Origin: Candidatus Eiseniibacteriota bacterium | GTDB taxonomy: Bacteria; Eisenbacteria; RBG-16-71-46; SZUA-252 | Length of the DNA: 53,296 nucleotides | Assembly: GCA_041486775.1 (NCBI GenBank) | Contig: JBGPMB010000002.1 | Span: 1-53,296, forward strand | Direction of reading: 5' to 3' | Shown here: positions 10,351-20,200 of the stretch, piece by piece | How positions within the stretch are numbered: position 1 is the first letter of the stretch | How the letters are laid out: the number at the start of each line of letters is the position of its first letter | The notes under the pieces: model-generated | Seen by the model: the letters and a program-made list of their open reading frames with translations, nothing else | Database searches by the model: none | Told to the model about the DNA's origin: nothing | Translations under genes and position numbers: made by a program

Positions 10351-10366
10351 GCCGCCGCCTCCACAC

Positions 10367-10407
10367 GGGAAAAAGGAATGGAGGAAGACCCGGACGGGCC
10401 TTCCTCC
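10367..10407 (-). terminator. Rho-independent terminator-like hairpin after rnc
   Basis: GGAGGAAG-A-CCC-GGAC-GGG-C-CTTCCTCC: 8+3 bp stem with a tetraloop. On the minus strand it is followed by ATTCCTTTTTCCC. It lies 34 nt after the rnc stop. Confidence 0.6.
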
Positions 10408-10440
10408 CCCTGTCGAGACGACGCGTGGATTATACCAGGC

Positions 10441-11460
10441 TCAGGGCTCGGCCTGCAAGTGCGAGGCCGCCCAGGGGGCCTTATCCCCATCGGGCTCCCT
10501 ACGTTCGCGAGATTCGCGCGGCTGACGCGGCTCGCGCGACTCCCTGCCGCCGCCCTGCTCCCTGCCGCCGCCCTGCGGCCCCCGCCCTTCCCCCTGCCCC
10601 GGACCCTGCCCGCTGCTTCCGCCTCGGGGGCGACGTCCCCTTCCGCCTCTGCGCCTCCGCCGCCGGGTCTCCTGGCGGTCGTTGCGCACGATCTTTTCGA
10701 AGTGGAGGAGCGCGTCCCGCGCGGCCTCCTGCTCCGCTTCCTTCTTGTTGTTGCCGTGCCCGCGACCCAGCACCTTCTGGTTCACGACCACTTCGACCGT
10801 GAACACCTTCTCGTGGTCTGGGCCGATCTCGCTGGAGATCCGGTACTGCGGGTGGGTCTTGAACTCACCCTGCACGTACTCCTGCAGCATGCTCTTGTAG
10901 TTCGCGAGATTCGCGTCGCTCAGGATCTCGTGCACCTGCCGCAGCAGGAGACGCTCCGTGAGCCGGCGCGCCGGCTCGAGCCCTCCGTCCAGGTACACCG
11001 CACCGATCACCCCTTCCAGGGTGTCGGCCAGGATGGACGCGCGGTCGCGCCCTCCCGAGCCCGTTTCCGCCTCGCTCAACAAGATGAAATTCCCGAGGCC
11101 CATGATCTTCGCCGTGCGGGAGAGGATCACGCGGCTCACGAGGAGCGACTTCATCTTCGTCAGCTCTCCCTCGCGAAGCGAGGTGAACTTGCGGTAGAGG
11201 AACTCGTTCACGACGAGCCCGACGACCGAGTCGCCCAAGAACTCCATCCGCTCGTTCGATTCCCCGCCGCTCTTGTCCTTGTCGGGCTGGGAATGGAGGA
11301 AGGAGCGGTGGGTCAGCGCCTGCCGCGCCAGCTCGGGGTCCCGGAACTTGTAATTCACCATCGTTTCGAATCCGCGCAGATCGAATTCACTGACTCCGGG
11401 CCGCGCAGTCCGCGGCGCCGGGGCTTTGTCCAGACCAAACAGCTTTCTCAATAAGTTCAC
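10441..11460 (-). CDS. rnc: ribonuclease III with ~80-aa Arg/Gly-rich C-terminal tail
   Basis: 339 aa with the ERMEFLGDSVV catalytic signature. A dsRBD (KSMLQEYVQGE...GNNKKEAEQEAARDAL) is followed by RRRRRRGGRGRRPRGGSSGQGPGQGEGRGPQGGGREQGGGRE... Confidence 0.9.
   Translation of the reverse strand: MNLLRKLFGLDKAPAPRTARPGVSEFDLRGFETMVNYKFRDPELARQALTHRSFLHSQPDKDKSGGESNERMEFLGDSVVGLVVNEFLYRKFTSLREGELTKMKSLLVSRVILSRTAKIMGLGNFILLSEAETGSGGRDRASILADTLEGVIGAVYLDGGLEPARRLTERLLLRQVHEILSDANLANYKSMLQEYVQGEFKTHPQYRISSEIGPDHEKVFTVEVVVNQKVLGRGHGNNKKEAEQEAARDALLHFEKIVRNDRQETRRRRRRGGRGRRPRGGSSGQGPGQGEGRGPQGGGREQGGGRESREPRQPRESRERREPDGDKAPWAASHLQAEP
10541..10576 (-). repeat. 18-bp direct tandem repeat x2 (tccctgccgccgccctgc) inside the rnc tail
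   Basis: Perfect copies at 10541-10558 and 10559-10576, encoding the (Q/E)GGGRE repeat units of the Arg/Gly-rich tail (exact register not checked). Confidence 0.8.
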
Positions 11461-11474
11461 GATTGTCGGGATCC

Positions 11475-12791
11475 CTAAGGACCCTCCTTGGCCATGAGTC
11501 TCGATAACGCCAGGGTGACGTTGTGCCCGCCAAAGCCCAGAGAATTGGAAAGGGCCGCCCGCATTTCTACCTTTCGCGCGGTGTTGGGGACGTAATCGAG
11601 ATCGCAGTCGGGATCGGGATGCTCGTAGTTGATCGTGGGGGGCAGAATCTGCCGCTCGAGCGCGAGGACGCAGATGATGGTCTCGAGTCCTCCGGCGGCT
11701 CCGAGCAGGTGCCCCGTCATCGATTTGGTCGAGCTGACGGCCACGCGGGATGCGTGATCGCCGAATACCGACTTGATGGCTTGGGTTTCGAATTTGTCGT
11801 TGAGTGGGGTGGAAGTGCCGTGGGCGTTCACGTACCCGAACTCGCCCTGAGGGAGTCCGGAGTCGTGGATGGCCGCCCGCATGGCCCGCGCTGCGCCCTC
11901 ACCCTCGGGGGCAGGTGCGGTCATATGATGGGCATCTCCCGTGGCTCCGTATCCGATGATCTCGGCCAGTATCGCGGCACCGCGCTTCTTCGCGTGCTCG
12001 AGCTCCTCCAGAATCAGGATGCCCGCGCCCTCCCCCATCACGAAACCGTCGCGCTGGGAGTCGAAGGGCCGGGAGGCTCGGGTCGGATCGTCGTTACGGG
12101 TGGACATCGCCTTCATGGAGCAAAATCCTGCGAAAGAAACCGGGGTCACCGGAGCTTCGGCGCCTCCCGCGATCATGACCTCCGCTTCGGAGTTCTGGAT
12201 GATCCGGAACGCCTCGCCGACCGCGTGGGCGCCCGAGGAGCAGGCCGACACGGTGCAGTAGTTGGGACCCTTGGCGCCGAAGAGGATCGACACCTGGCCC
12301 GAGGCCATGTCCGAGATCATCATGGGAATGAAGAACGGGCTGACGCGGTTCGGACCCTTCTCGAGGAGGGTGCGGTGTTGATCCTCGAACGTGGAGATTC
12401 CGCCGATGCCCGATCCGACGATCACGCCGAAGCGGGTGGGATCGACAGCCCCCCCGTTCTTCTTCACGCCGGCCTGTTCCAGCGCCTGCGTGGCCGCGCC
12501 CACCGCGTACTGCACGAAGCGATCCGTGCGGCGGATGTCCTTCCGGTCCATGACGTCTTCCGGGTTGAATCCGCGCACCTCGCCGGCGATCCGTGTGTCA
12601 TAGGCCGCGGTGTCGAACCGTGTCACCGGGCCGATCCCGGACTCGCCCGCGATCAACCGTTTCCAGAATTCCTCGACGGTGTTCCCGAGAGGGCAGACGA
12701 CGCCCTGCCCGGTCACGACCACCCGGCGAGGATACCCATTTCTCCGATACGGCACGAACGTTGTCTCGATTTCTTCGCCTGCGCTCCCCAC
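11475..12791 (-). CDS. fabF: 3-oxoacyl-ACP synthase II
   Basis: RRVVVTGQG, active-site [20 protein letters not shown] and GHLLGAAG motifs. The start is uncertain: GTG at 12791 or GTG at 12755. Confidence 0.9.
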   Translation of the reverse strand: MGSAGEEIETTFVPYRRNGYPRRVVVTGQGVVCPLGNTVEEFWKRLIAGESGIGPVTRFDTAAYDTRIAGEVRGFNPEDVMDRKDIRRTDRFVQYAVGAATQALEQAGVKKNGGAVDPTRFGVIVGSGIGGISTFEDQHRTLLEKGPNRVSPFFIPMMISDMASGQVSILFGAKGPNYCTVSACSSGAHAVGEAFRIIQNSEAEVMIAGGAEAPVTPVSFAGFCSMKAMSTRNDDPTRASRPFDSQRDGFVMGEGAGILILEELEHAKKRGAAILAEIIGYGATGDAHHMTAPAPEGEGAARAMRAAIHDSGLPQGEFGYVNAHGTSTPLNDKFETQAIKSVFGDHASRVAVSSTKSMTGHLLGAAGGLETIICVLALERQILPPTINYEHPDPDCDLDYVPNTARKVEMRAALSNSLGFGGHNVTLALSRLMAKEGP

Positions 12792-12826
12792 CGCGTGGGA
12801 CGAGATGCGCCCCGCGCGGCGCCGAA

Positions 12827-13075
12827 TCAGGCGTTCTTCGGCACGTGCGATTCCAGATACTTGATGGCGTCGGCCACCGTGGTCATCTTCTCGGCGTCTT
12901 CGTCCGGAATTTCGATGTCGAATTCCTCTTCGAGCGCCATGACCAGCTCCACCGTATCGAGCGAGTCCGCTCCGAGATCGTCGATGAACGAAGCCTCGGG
13001 CGTCACCTGCTCGGGCGCTACACCCAGCTGGTCGACGATGATCTGCTTGACCCGGTCCTCACTGAATGATCCCAT
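12827..13075 (-). CDS. acpP: acyl carrier protein
   Basis: The [19 protein letters not shown] phosphopantetheine site is present. I prefer the ATG at 13075 ([13 protein letters not shown]) over the track's GTG at 13087, which overlaps the GGGAGGTG Shine-Dalgarno. Confidence 0.9.
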   Translation of the reverse strand: MGSFSEDRVKQIIVDQLGVAPEQVTPEASFIDDLGADSLDTVELVMALEEEFDIEIPDEDAEKMTTVADAIKYLESHVPKNA

Positions 13076-13096
13076 TCCCTGCTTCACCTCCCTTGT

Positions 13097-13117
13097 GGAT
13101 TCCCCCTTCGGGAATCC
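13097..13117 (-). other. intercistronic stem-loop between fabG and acpP
   Basis: GGATTCCC-ccttc-GGGAATCC, a perfect 8-bp stem, just upstream of the acpP Shine-Dalgarno. Confidence 0.4.
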
Positions 13118-13124
13118 GACCGTT

Positions 13125-13874
13125 TCACATCCTCATCCCGCCGTCGACCGACAGCACCTGACCGGTCACGTAGCCCGCCTCTTCCGAGCACAGAAACGCC
13201 ACCGCGTGGGCGACGTCTTCCGGAGATCCCAGGCGTCCAAGCGGGATCTGCGCCTGAAGCGCTTCGCGCACCTTCTCGTCCAAACCGGACGTCATCGCGG
13301 TTTCGATGAAGCCCGGAGCCACGGCGTTCACCGTAATATGGCGCGACGCCAGTTCCTTCGCAACGGCCTTCGTCAGACCGATCACGCCGGCCTTGGACGC
13401 TACGTAGTTGGCCTGCCCGGGGTTACCCGTCAAACCCACCACGGAGCTCACGTTCACGATCCGGCCCCAGCGCTGTTTCATCATAGGACGGGTGAACGCC
13501 TTGATGCAGAGAAAGCTTCCCTTCAAGTTCGTGTCGATCACCTGGTCCCACTCCTCCTCGCTCATGCGCATCACGAGGTTGTCCCGGGTGATTCCGGCGT
13601 TACAGACCAGGATGTCCGCACGGCCGAAAGCTTCCAGCGTCCGGGCGCAGAGCGCCTCCGCATCCGCCGGCTTGGCCACGTCCCCCACGACCGGGATCGC
13701 TTCGCCTCCCTTGGCGCGGATCTCGGCGCACGCGGTCTCGAGCGCCGTTGGATCGCGGCCCGACAACACCACCTTCGCCCCGCCGCAGGCCAGCCGGTCC
13801 GCGATGGCGCGGCCGATCCCCTTCCCGCCGCCCGTCACGACCGCGACCTTGTCCCGGAACCGGGCATCCGTCAT
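13125..13874 (-). CDS. fabG: 3-oxoacyl-ACP reductase
   Basis: SDR family with [19 protein letters not shown] and the YVASKAG catalytic YxxxK motif. Confidence 0.9.
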   Translation of the reverse strand: MTDARFRDKVAVVTGGGKGIGRAIADRLACGGAKVVLSGRDPTALETACAEIRAKGGEAIPVVGDVAKPADAEALCARTLEAFGRADILVCNAGITRDNLVMRMSEEEWDQVIDTNLKGSFLCIKAFTRPMMKQRWGRIVNVSSVVGLTGNPGQANYVASKAGVIGLTKAVAKELASRHITVNAVAPGFIETAMTSGLDEKVREALQAQIPLGRLGSPEDVAHAVAFLCSEEAGYVTGQVLSVDGGMRM

Positions 13875-14815
13875 GCCGCCACTTCCTCCAGGGCCGCCAC
13901 CGTGGCCTCGATCGATTCCGGATCCTCGCTCCCGAAGAGCAACGCCTCCCGATCCACGCTCTTCACGAGACCGCGAAGGATGCGTCCCTGACCCACCTCC
14001 ACGAACCGCCGCACGCCCTGGGCCAGGAGCTCGCGCACCGTCTGCTCCCAGAGCACCGGCGAAAGCAGCTGCTCCCGGAGCGTGACCCGGATCTCGTCCG
14101 GAGATTGCGCGGGGCGCGCCGTCGCGTTGGCGAACACCGGAAACCGCGCCGGCCGGATCTCCACCACGTCCAGCGCCTCGGCGAGTCCGCGCGCGGCGCT
14201 CTCCATGAGCGGCGAGTGAAACGCGGCGCTCACCTGTAACGGCACGACTTTCTTCGCGCCCGCCTTCTTCGCTTCCTCGGTCGCGAGCAGGAGCGCTTCG
14301 GGCGTTCCCGAGAGCACCACCTGGCCCGGTGAGTTGAAATTGGCCGCGGCAATGTCCCGCGGCCGGGCGACCGCCGCGAGCACCTTCTCGATCGCGGGTC
14401 CGTCGAGCCCCAGCACGGCCGCCATGGACCCGGGCCGCTCCTTCCCCGCGCCCGCCATCAGCTCGCCGCGCTTGCGGATGAGTCTCACGCCGTCCTCGAA
14501 GGAGAGCGACCCGGCCGCGACGTGGGCCGCGAACTCTCCGGCGCTGTGCCCCGCGCCCGCGGAGGCGCGCACCCCGCGGCGCTCGAGCACGCGCGCCGCG
14601 GCGACGCTGGTGACGAGGAGCGCCGGCTGGGTATTCTCCGTGCGCGTCAGCTCCTCGAGAGGGCCGGCGAAGCAGAGCGCGGACAGCGAAAATCCGAGCA
14701 CCGAGTCGGCGCGCTCGAATACCTCCCGCGCTTCGGGGTAGCGCTCCGCCAGCGCCTTCCCCATCCCCACCGCTTGCGAGCCCTGGCCCGGGAAGAGGAA
14801 CGCGATACGGCTCAC
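13871..14815 (-). CDS. fabD: malonyl-CoA:ACP transacylase
   Basis: FLFPGQGSQAVGMG and GHSAGEF motifs. I place the start at GTG 14815, which overlaps the fabH stop (GTGA). The longer track ORF (to 15094) would overlap fabH by 280 nt. Confidence 0.9.
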   Translation of the reverse strand: MSRIAFLFPGQGSQAVGMGKALAERYPEAREVFERADSVLGFSLSALCFAGPLEELTRTENTQPALLVTSVAAARVLERRGVRASAGAGHSAGEFAAHVAAGSLSFEDGVRLIRKRGELMAGAGKERPGSMAAVLGLDGPAIEKVLAAVARPRDIAAANFNSPGQVVLSGTPEALLLATEEAKKAGAKKVVPLQVSAAFHSPLMESAARGLAEALDVVEIRPARFPVFANATARPAQSPDEIRVTLREQLLSPVLWEQTVRELLAQGVRRFVEVGQGRILRGLVKSVDREALLFGSEDPESIEATVAALEEVAA

Positions 14816-15804
14816 CAGCGCACCACCGCCGCCGCCCATGTGAACCCGCCGCCGAACGTGACCATCTCCACGAGGTCGCCGGGCTTCAGGCGTCCGCTCC
14901 GCTTCGCCTCGTCCAGCGCGAGCGGGATCGACGCCGAGGAGGTGTTCCCGTAGCGATCCAGATTCACGAACACCTTGTCCATGGGAAGCCCGAGCCGCCG
15001 CGCCGTGGCGTCGATGATGCGGTAGTTGGCCTGGTGCGGGATCAGGAGGTCCAGCTCCTCGGGCTTCAGGCCCGCCAGCTCGAGGGCCTCGCACGCGACC
15101 GATTCCATGGCGCGCACCGCGTACTTGAACACGTCGTTCCCGCTCATGCGGATGTAGTGGAGCCTCTTGTCAACGGTCTCGTGGGAGGCGGGATTCAGCG
15201 AGCCGCCGCCCGGCATCTCGAGGAGGCTCGTGAGCGAGCCGTCGCTGTGCAGCTTGGTGGCGAGAATGCCGCCCGGCTGCCCCGTGGAGCGCAGCACCAC
15301 CGCGCCCGCGGCGTCGCCGAAGAGCACGCACGTGTTCCGGTCGGTCCAGTCCGTGATCTTGGAAAGGGTCTCGACGCCCACCACGAGCACGGTCTCGGCC
15401 ACGCCGGCCAGGATCTGGGTGCGTCCGAGAGAGAGCGCGAACAGAAATCCCGAGCACGCGGCCGAGATGTCGAAGGCGTACGCCGAAGACGCCCCCAGCC
15501 TGTCTTGGAGAAGGCACGCGGTGGAGGGAAAGGGCCGGTCGCCGGTCACCGTGCCGACGATGATCTGATCGATCTCCTTGCCCTTGATGCCGGCGTCCTT
15601 CATCGCGCGCCGCGCGGCCTCGGTCGCCAGCGCCGAGGAGGGCGTGTCCGGATCGGCGATGCGGCGTTCCTTGATCCCGGTGCGGCTCACGATCCACTCG
15701 TCCGAGGTGTCCACGATCTGCTCGAGATCCTGGTTCGTGACCACGCGGTCGGGTGTACAGGAGCCGACGCCGATGATGTGCACGTCCCGCGCGGGGGCGA
15801 TCAT
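14812..15804 (-). CDS. fabH: 3-oxoacyl-ACP synthase III
   Basis: Starts at the internal ATG at 15804 (MIAPARDVHIIGVGSCTP). It has DEWIVSRTGIKERR and the active-site AACSGF. The upstream 54 codons of the track ORF are Arg-rich shadow. Confidence 0.9.
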   Translation of the reverse strand: MIAPARDVHIIGVGSCTPDRVVTNQDLEQIVDTSDEWIVSRTGIKERRIADPDTPSSALATEAARRAMKDAGIKGKEIDQIIVGTVTGDRPFPSTACLLQDRLGASSAYAFDISAACSGFLFALSLGRTQILAGVAETVLVVGVETLSKITDWTDRNTCVLFGDAAGAVVLRSTGQPGGILATKLHSDGSLTSLLEMPGGGSLNPASHETVDKRLHYIRMSGNDVFKYAVRAMESVACEALELAGLKPEELDLLIPHQANYRIIDATARRLGLPMDKVFVNLDRYGNTSSASIPLALDEAKRSGRLKPGDLVEMVTFGGGFTWAAAVVRW

Positions 15805-15823
15805 CCGCGAGTCTTCGCGGCGG

Positions 15824-16855
15824 TCACGCCGCCTCCGGAGCGAGCCGTTGGAGATCCTCGCGGATGAAATCCGCGACGCGCGCCTCGGCGCAGCGCGCGG
15901 CCGCGCGAATGGCGTTCTTGATGGCGCGCGCGTTGCTCCGGCCGTGCGCGATGATGCAGTTTCCATCCACGCCCAGGAGCGGGGCGCCCCCCACCTCCGC
16001 GTAGTCCATCCGCCGCTTCAGGCGGCGGAACGCGGGCTTCAGGAGCAATCCCGCGAGCATGCTCAGGGGGTCGCTTCGGATCTCGTCTCGAATCATGTTT
16101 CCCACGCTGGGGATCACGCTCTCCGCGAACTTGAGGAGCACGTTTCCCACGAAGCCGTCGCACACGACCACGTCGGCCGTGCCGAGGATGATGTCGCGGC
16201 CCTCGACGTTCCCGACGAAGTGGACGGGGCTCTGCTTCAAGAGCTGGTGCGCTTCGTAATAAAGCTCGCTCCCCTTCTCCGCCTCCTCGCCGATGTTCAG
16301 CAGTCCCACGCGCGGGCGCTCGACGTGAAGGACCAGCCGCGCGTAGATGCTTCCCATCATCGCGAATTGGTGGAGGTGGTACGGCTTGCAGTCGGAGGTG
16401 GCGCCGACGTCCAGGATGACGACGTTGCCCTGGGGGGTCGGAAGGACCGTGGCGATGGCGGGGCGCTGCACCGATTCGATGCGGCCGAGCCCGAAGAGCG
16501 CCGCCGCCACGACCGCGCCCGTGTTTCCCGCGGAGACCATGGCATCGGTGTGGCGTTCCTTTTCCAGCCGCGCGGCGATGTTGATCGAGGAGTCCTTCTT
16601 CTTGCGGACCGATGTCACGGCGGACTCGCCCATCTCGACCCGCTCGGAGGCATGGATCACGGTGGGAAGCGAGGAGGATAGGTGCAGACGGGCGGCCTCC
16701 GCGCGCACCAGCGTTTCATCGCCGATGAGCACGACCTCGAAGGCGCCCGCGGACTCGCGAGTCGCTTCGATGGCCCCCTGGATCACAACGCCGGGCGCTA
16801 AGTCGCCACCCATGGCGTCCACGCCGATGACCGGCCGTCCGGATCGCTCGCTCAC
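15824..16855 (-). CDS. plsX: phosphate acyltransferase PlsX
   Basis: 343 aa with IGVDAMGGDLAP, VSAGNTGA and DGFVGNV motifs. Confidence 0.9.
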   Translation of the reverse strand: MSERSGRPVIGVDAMGGDLAPGVVIQGAIEATRESAGAFEVVLIGDETLVRAEAARLHLSSSLPTVIHASERVEMGESAVTSVRKKKDSSINIAARLEKERHTDAMVSAGNTGAVVAAALFGLGRIESVQRPAIATVLPTPQGNVVILDVGATSDCKPYHLHQFAMMGSIYARLVLHVERPRVGLLNIGEEAEKGSELYYEAHQLLKQSPVHFVGNVEGRDIILGTADVVVCDGFVGNVLLKFAESVIPSVGNMIRDEIRSDPLSMLAGLLLKPAFRRLKRRMDYAEVGGAPLLGVDGNCIIAHGRSNARAIKNAIRAAARCAEARVADFIREDLQRLAPEAA

Positions 16856-16877
16856 CTTGGCCCCGCGCCCGCCGCCC

Positions 16878-17069
16878 CTACGAACTCTTGGACGCCTCCC
16901 GAGAAATCACTTCCTCGCCCGCGTAATAGCCGCAGTGACCGCACACCCGATGCGGAAGCTTCGTCTGACTGCAATGGGGGCACACCGACCGGCCCGGCAT
17001 GGAGAGTTTCCAGTTCGTGCGGCGTTTCTTGCCGCGGGTGCTCGAGTGCCTTCTCTTGGGTACGGCCAT
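16878..17069 (-). CDS. rpmF: 50S ribosomal protein L32
   Basis: [18 protein letters not shown]-terminus and a CPHC...CGHCGYY zinc ribbon. Confidence 0.9.
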   Translation of the reverse strand: MAVPKRRHSSTRGKKRRTNWKLSMPGRSVCPHCSQTKLPHRVCGHCGYYAGEEVISREASKSS

Positions 17070-17130
17070 CGTCTTTCATTCCCTTCGCTAGAGTCTTGAG
17101 CCGCGGGGCGTGAATACGATCCCCCCGGCG

Positions 17131-17613
17131 TCAGCCCGTGGCCGCGCCGACACAGCGGCACGCCCCGAGGTTTCGGTCCTCGCCGCATCGCGGACAAAGC
17201 CCCGCGCACGTCTCGCGGCAAAGCGGCCTCATGGGGAGGCCTAGCAGCACCGCCTCCCGGATCTCGCTGTCGATGGAGAGCACGTGGCCGTCGTGGAAAT
17301 GGACCCCCCCGTCTTCCTCGTCAAGGGCCTTGGGGCTCATCGTGCGGGCTTGAGGCAACTTAGCACAGAAGACCTCGAACTCCAATTCGAGAATCTGCGA
17401 GAAGTCGATCAAACAGCGGCTACACTGTTGCAGCGCAATGGCATGGATCGTCCCCCGCACCCAGATCTCGTCCCCGCGCCGGTCCAGGCTAAGCCCAATG
17501 AGAAGCGGGCCTTCCAGCTCCGCGTCCTTGGGCACGATGCCGACCATGGCGGCCGGGACCTCGAGCAGGAGGCGGCTCTGCCCCTCGTCGATCTCGTGTA
17601 GTTTGAGTTCCAT
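17131..17613 (-). CDS. yceD: YceD/DUF177 family protein (large-subunit rRNA accumulation protein)
   Basis: 160 aa with a conserved position upstream of rpmF-plsX. It has an internal CSRC and a C-terminal CAGLCPRCGEDRN motif. Confidence 0.75.
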   Translation of the reverse strand: MELKLHEIDEGQSRLLLEVPAAMVGIVPKDAELEGPLLIGLSLDRRGDEIWVRGTIHAIALQQCSRCLIDFSQILELEFEVFCAKLPQARTMSPKALDEEDGGVHFHDGHVLSIDSEIREAVLLGLPMRPLCRETCAGLCPRCGEDRNLGACRCVGAATG

Positions 17614-17627
17614 GGCTCCACTTTAGA

Positions 17628-18044
17628 TTACCGGCGGGCGGATCCGTCTCCGAAGAAGAATTCGATCTCCACCCGGGCCGACTCCGGCGAGTCGGAGGCA
17701 TGGACGGCGTTCCTCCCCTTGCTCTCCGCGTGGAGGGCCCGGATCGTTCCCGGCCGGGCCTCCTTGGGGTCGGTGGCGCCGATCAGGTCGCGAAGCTTCG
17801 GCACGGCATCCTCGCGCCTCAGGCGGACGGGAACCGCGGGCCCCGAGGACATGAATAGGACCAGCTCGCCCAGGAATGGCTTCCCCTCGTGCACGGCATA
17901 GAAGCGCCGCGCATCGGCGGCGGCCAGGCGCACCAGGCGCATATCGAGGATCTCGAATCCGGCCCGCTCCACCTCGGACAGGATGACGCCCACCTTGTGC
18001 GCCGCAACAGCGTCGGGCTTGATCATGAAGAGCGTTTCACTCAC
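17628..18044 (-). CDS. ndk: nucleoside diphosphate kinase
   Basis: TLFMIKPDAV, GPAVPVRL and NAVHASDS (catalytic His) motifs. Confidence 0.9.
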   Translation of the reverse strand: MSETLFMIKPDAVAAHKVGVILSEVERAGFEILDMRLVRLAAADARRFYAVHEGKPFLGELVLFMSSGPAVPVRLRREDAVPKLRDLIGATDPKEARPGTIRALHAESKGRNAVHASDSPESARVEIEFFFGDGSARR

Positions 18045-18056
18045 GTGGTTCTTCCC

Positions 18057-19067
18057 TCAGCGGCCGCGGCGCCGGACCGTCTTGGCTCGCGCGGCGCGTT
18101 TCGTCTTCGTGCGTGGCTTCCGGCCCGACGGGGCGACGCGCCGCTTCGGCTTCGCCTTCCGTTTCGGCCGGAGCAGGGTGAGCTTGGATTTCCGTTTGGT
18201 TCGAAGCGCCGCCGCGATCAGGCCCGGGATCTCGGACGGGGTCTTGGCGACGGGAATGCCCGCTTCCTGGAAGCGCGCCATCTTCTCCTGGGCGGTGCCC
18301 GATCCACCCGAAACGATGGCGCCCGCGTGCCCCATGCGCTTTCCCGGAGGGGCCGTCTGCCCCGCCACGAAGGCCACGACTGGCTTCGAGATGGATCGCC
18401 GGATCAAGAGGGCCGCGTCTTCCTCGTCGCTCCCGCCGATCTCCCCGATCAGGACGATCGCCGAGGTAGCAGGATCCTGCTCGTAGAGGGCGAGCATGTC
18501 CGCGAAACGCGTCCCGACGATCGGGTCCCCGCCGATTCCGATGCAGGTGGACTGGCCGAGACCCGCGCGCGTGAGCTGCCACACCACTTCGTAGGTGAGC
18601 GTGCCGCTGCGGCTCACGACCCCGACCTTGCCGGGCTTCACGATCGAGCCGGGCATGATGCCGACCTTGCTCTGCCCCGGCGAGATGAGGCCGGGGCAAT
18701 TCGGGCCGACGAGCCTCGTGGGGCGGCCCTGGAGATAGGCGGAGACCTCCACCATGTCCCGCACCGGGATCCCTTCGCTGATGCAGACCACGAGCGGGAC
18801 CCCCGCATCCGTGGCCTCGTACACCGCGTCCTGAGCCAGGGCCGCGGGCACGTAGATGACCGAGCAGTTGGCGCCCGTCTTCGACACGGCGTCCTGGACC
18901 GAGTCGAAAACCGGGACCGAATGCACCCGCTCGCCGCCCTTCCCCGGCGTGACGCCCGCGACGACCTTCGTGCCGTAGTCGAGCATGCCGCGCGTGTGGA
19001 AGGAGCCGTCGCGGCCGGTGATCCCCTGCACCACCACGCGCGTGTTCCGTCCGATGAGAACGCTCAC
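18057..19067 (-). CDS. sucD: succinyl-CoA synthetase alpha subunit with ~48-aa Lys/Arg-rich C-terminal tail
   Basis: [20 protein letters not shown] and [10 protein letters not shown] motifs. After the usual C-terminus comes [48 protein letters not shown]. The GTG start overlaps the sucC stop (GTGA). Confidence 0.9.
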   Translation of the reverse strand: MSVLIGRNTRVVVQGITGRDGSFHTRGMLDYGTKVVAGVTPGKGGERVHSVPVFDSVQDAVSKTGANCSVIYVPAALAQDAVYEATDAGVPLVVCISEGIPVRDMVEVSAYLQGRPTRLVGPNCPGLISPGQSKVGIMPGSIVKPGKVGVVSRSGTLTYEVVWQLTRAGLGQSTCIGIGGDPIVGTRFADMLALYEQDPATSAIVLIGEIGGSDEEDAALLIRRSISKPVVAFVAGQTAPPGKRMGHAGAIVSGGSGTAQEKMARFQEAGIPVAKTPSEIPGLIAAALRTKRKSKLTLLRPKRKAKPKRRVAPSGRKPRTKTKRAARAKTVRRRGR

Positions 19068-20200
19068 GCCGCCTCCGCCGCGCGGGCGATCACGGCGCGC
19101 ACCGCTTCATCCATGTCGCTCAGCGCCATGATGCCCTTCTTTCCGAGGAGCTCACGCGCTTCCTTCTCGTTCGTCCCGGTGAGCCGGATCACGATCGGGA
19201 TCCTCACGTTCAGGCGGTCCAGCGCGGTCAGGAGCCCCCGCGCCACGTCGTCGCAGCGCGTGATTCCGCCGAAGATGTTGAAGAGGACCGCGCGCACGCG
19301 CGAGTCGCCGGTGAGAATGTTCATGGCGGATTCGACCTTCTCCGGATTGGAGGAGCCGCCGATGTCCAGGAAGTTGGCCGGCCTTCCGCCGTGGTACTGG
19401 ATCAGGTCCATGGTGGCCATCGCGAGACCCGCCCCGTTCACCACGCAGCCGATCGACCCGTCCAGCTTCACGTAGGAGAGCCCGCGCTCGCGGGCCTCCA
19501 CCTCGCCGGGATCCTCGGCTGTGAGGTCGCGCCACGAGGCGAGGTCGGGATGGCGGTCCAGGGCGTTGTCGTCGAGCACGATCTTGGCGTCGAGCGCCAG
19601 GACCTCTCCCGCCTTCGTCACGACCAGCGGGTTGATCTCGGCGAGCGAGGCGTCCTGATCGCGGTAGACCCGCGCGAGCCGGATCAGGATGGGAACGATC
19701 TGCTTCTGGATCGCGGGGCTCTTGTCCAGAAACCGGGCCGCCGCGCGCGCCCGGTAGGCCGGGAGACCGCGCAGGTCGATCGGAATCCTGAGAATCTTCT
19801 CGGGCGAGGTGCGCGCGACCTCCTCGATGTCGATCCCCCCCGCGGGGCTGACCATGAGAAGCGGCGTCTCGTTCTTCCGATCGAGCACCATACCCGCGTA
19901 ATACTCGCGATCGATGTCCGCCGACGGGGTGATCAGCACCCGGTGGACCTTGAGGCCCCGGATGTCCATCCCGATGATGCGGCCGGCCTCGCGCTTCAAC
20001 TCCTCCGGCGTGCGGACCACCTTGACGCCTCCGGCCTTGCCGCGGCCGCCGATCAGCACCTGCGCCTTCACGACCACCGGGTAGGAGAACCGCGCCGCGA
20101 CGGAGACCGCCTCCTCCACGCTCGACGCCACGTCGCCCGGAGGCACCGGAATGCCCGCCGCGCGGAAAAGCTCCTTCGATTGATACTCGTGGAGGTTCAA
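19064..20200 (-). CDS. sucC: succinyl-CoA synthetase beta subunit
   Basis: The TTG at 20200 gives (M)[11 protein letters not shown], the canonical SucC N-terminus, and overlaps the upstream stop (TTGA). The track's extra 157 N-terminal codons are Arg-rich shadow. Confidence 0.9.
   Translation of the reverse strand: MNLHEYQSKELFRAAGIPVPPGDVASSVEEAVSVAARFSYPVVVKAQVLIGGRGKAGGVKVVRTPEELKREAGRIIGMDIRGLKVHRVLITPSADIDREYYAGMVLDRKNETPLLMVSPAGGIDIEEVARTSPEKILRIPIDLRGLPAYRARAAARFLDKSPAIQKQIVPILIRLARVYRDQDASLAEINPLVVTKAGEVLALDAKIVLDDNALDRHPDLASWRDLTAEDPGEVEARERGLSYVKLDGSIGCVVNGAGLAMATMDLIQYHGGRPANFLDIGGSSNPEKVESAMNILTGDSRVRAVLFNIFGGITRCDDVARGLLTALDRLNVRIPIVIRLTGTNEKEARELLGKKGIMALSDMDEAVRAVIARAAEAA

Noticed and set aside
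13094-13100. TGTGGAT, resembling part of a DnaA box (TGTGGATAA).
   Set aside because: It is a single partial match that is actually one arm region of the fabG-acpP hairpin. There is no cluster of boxes or AT-rich unwinding element nearby.
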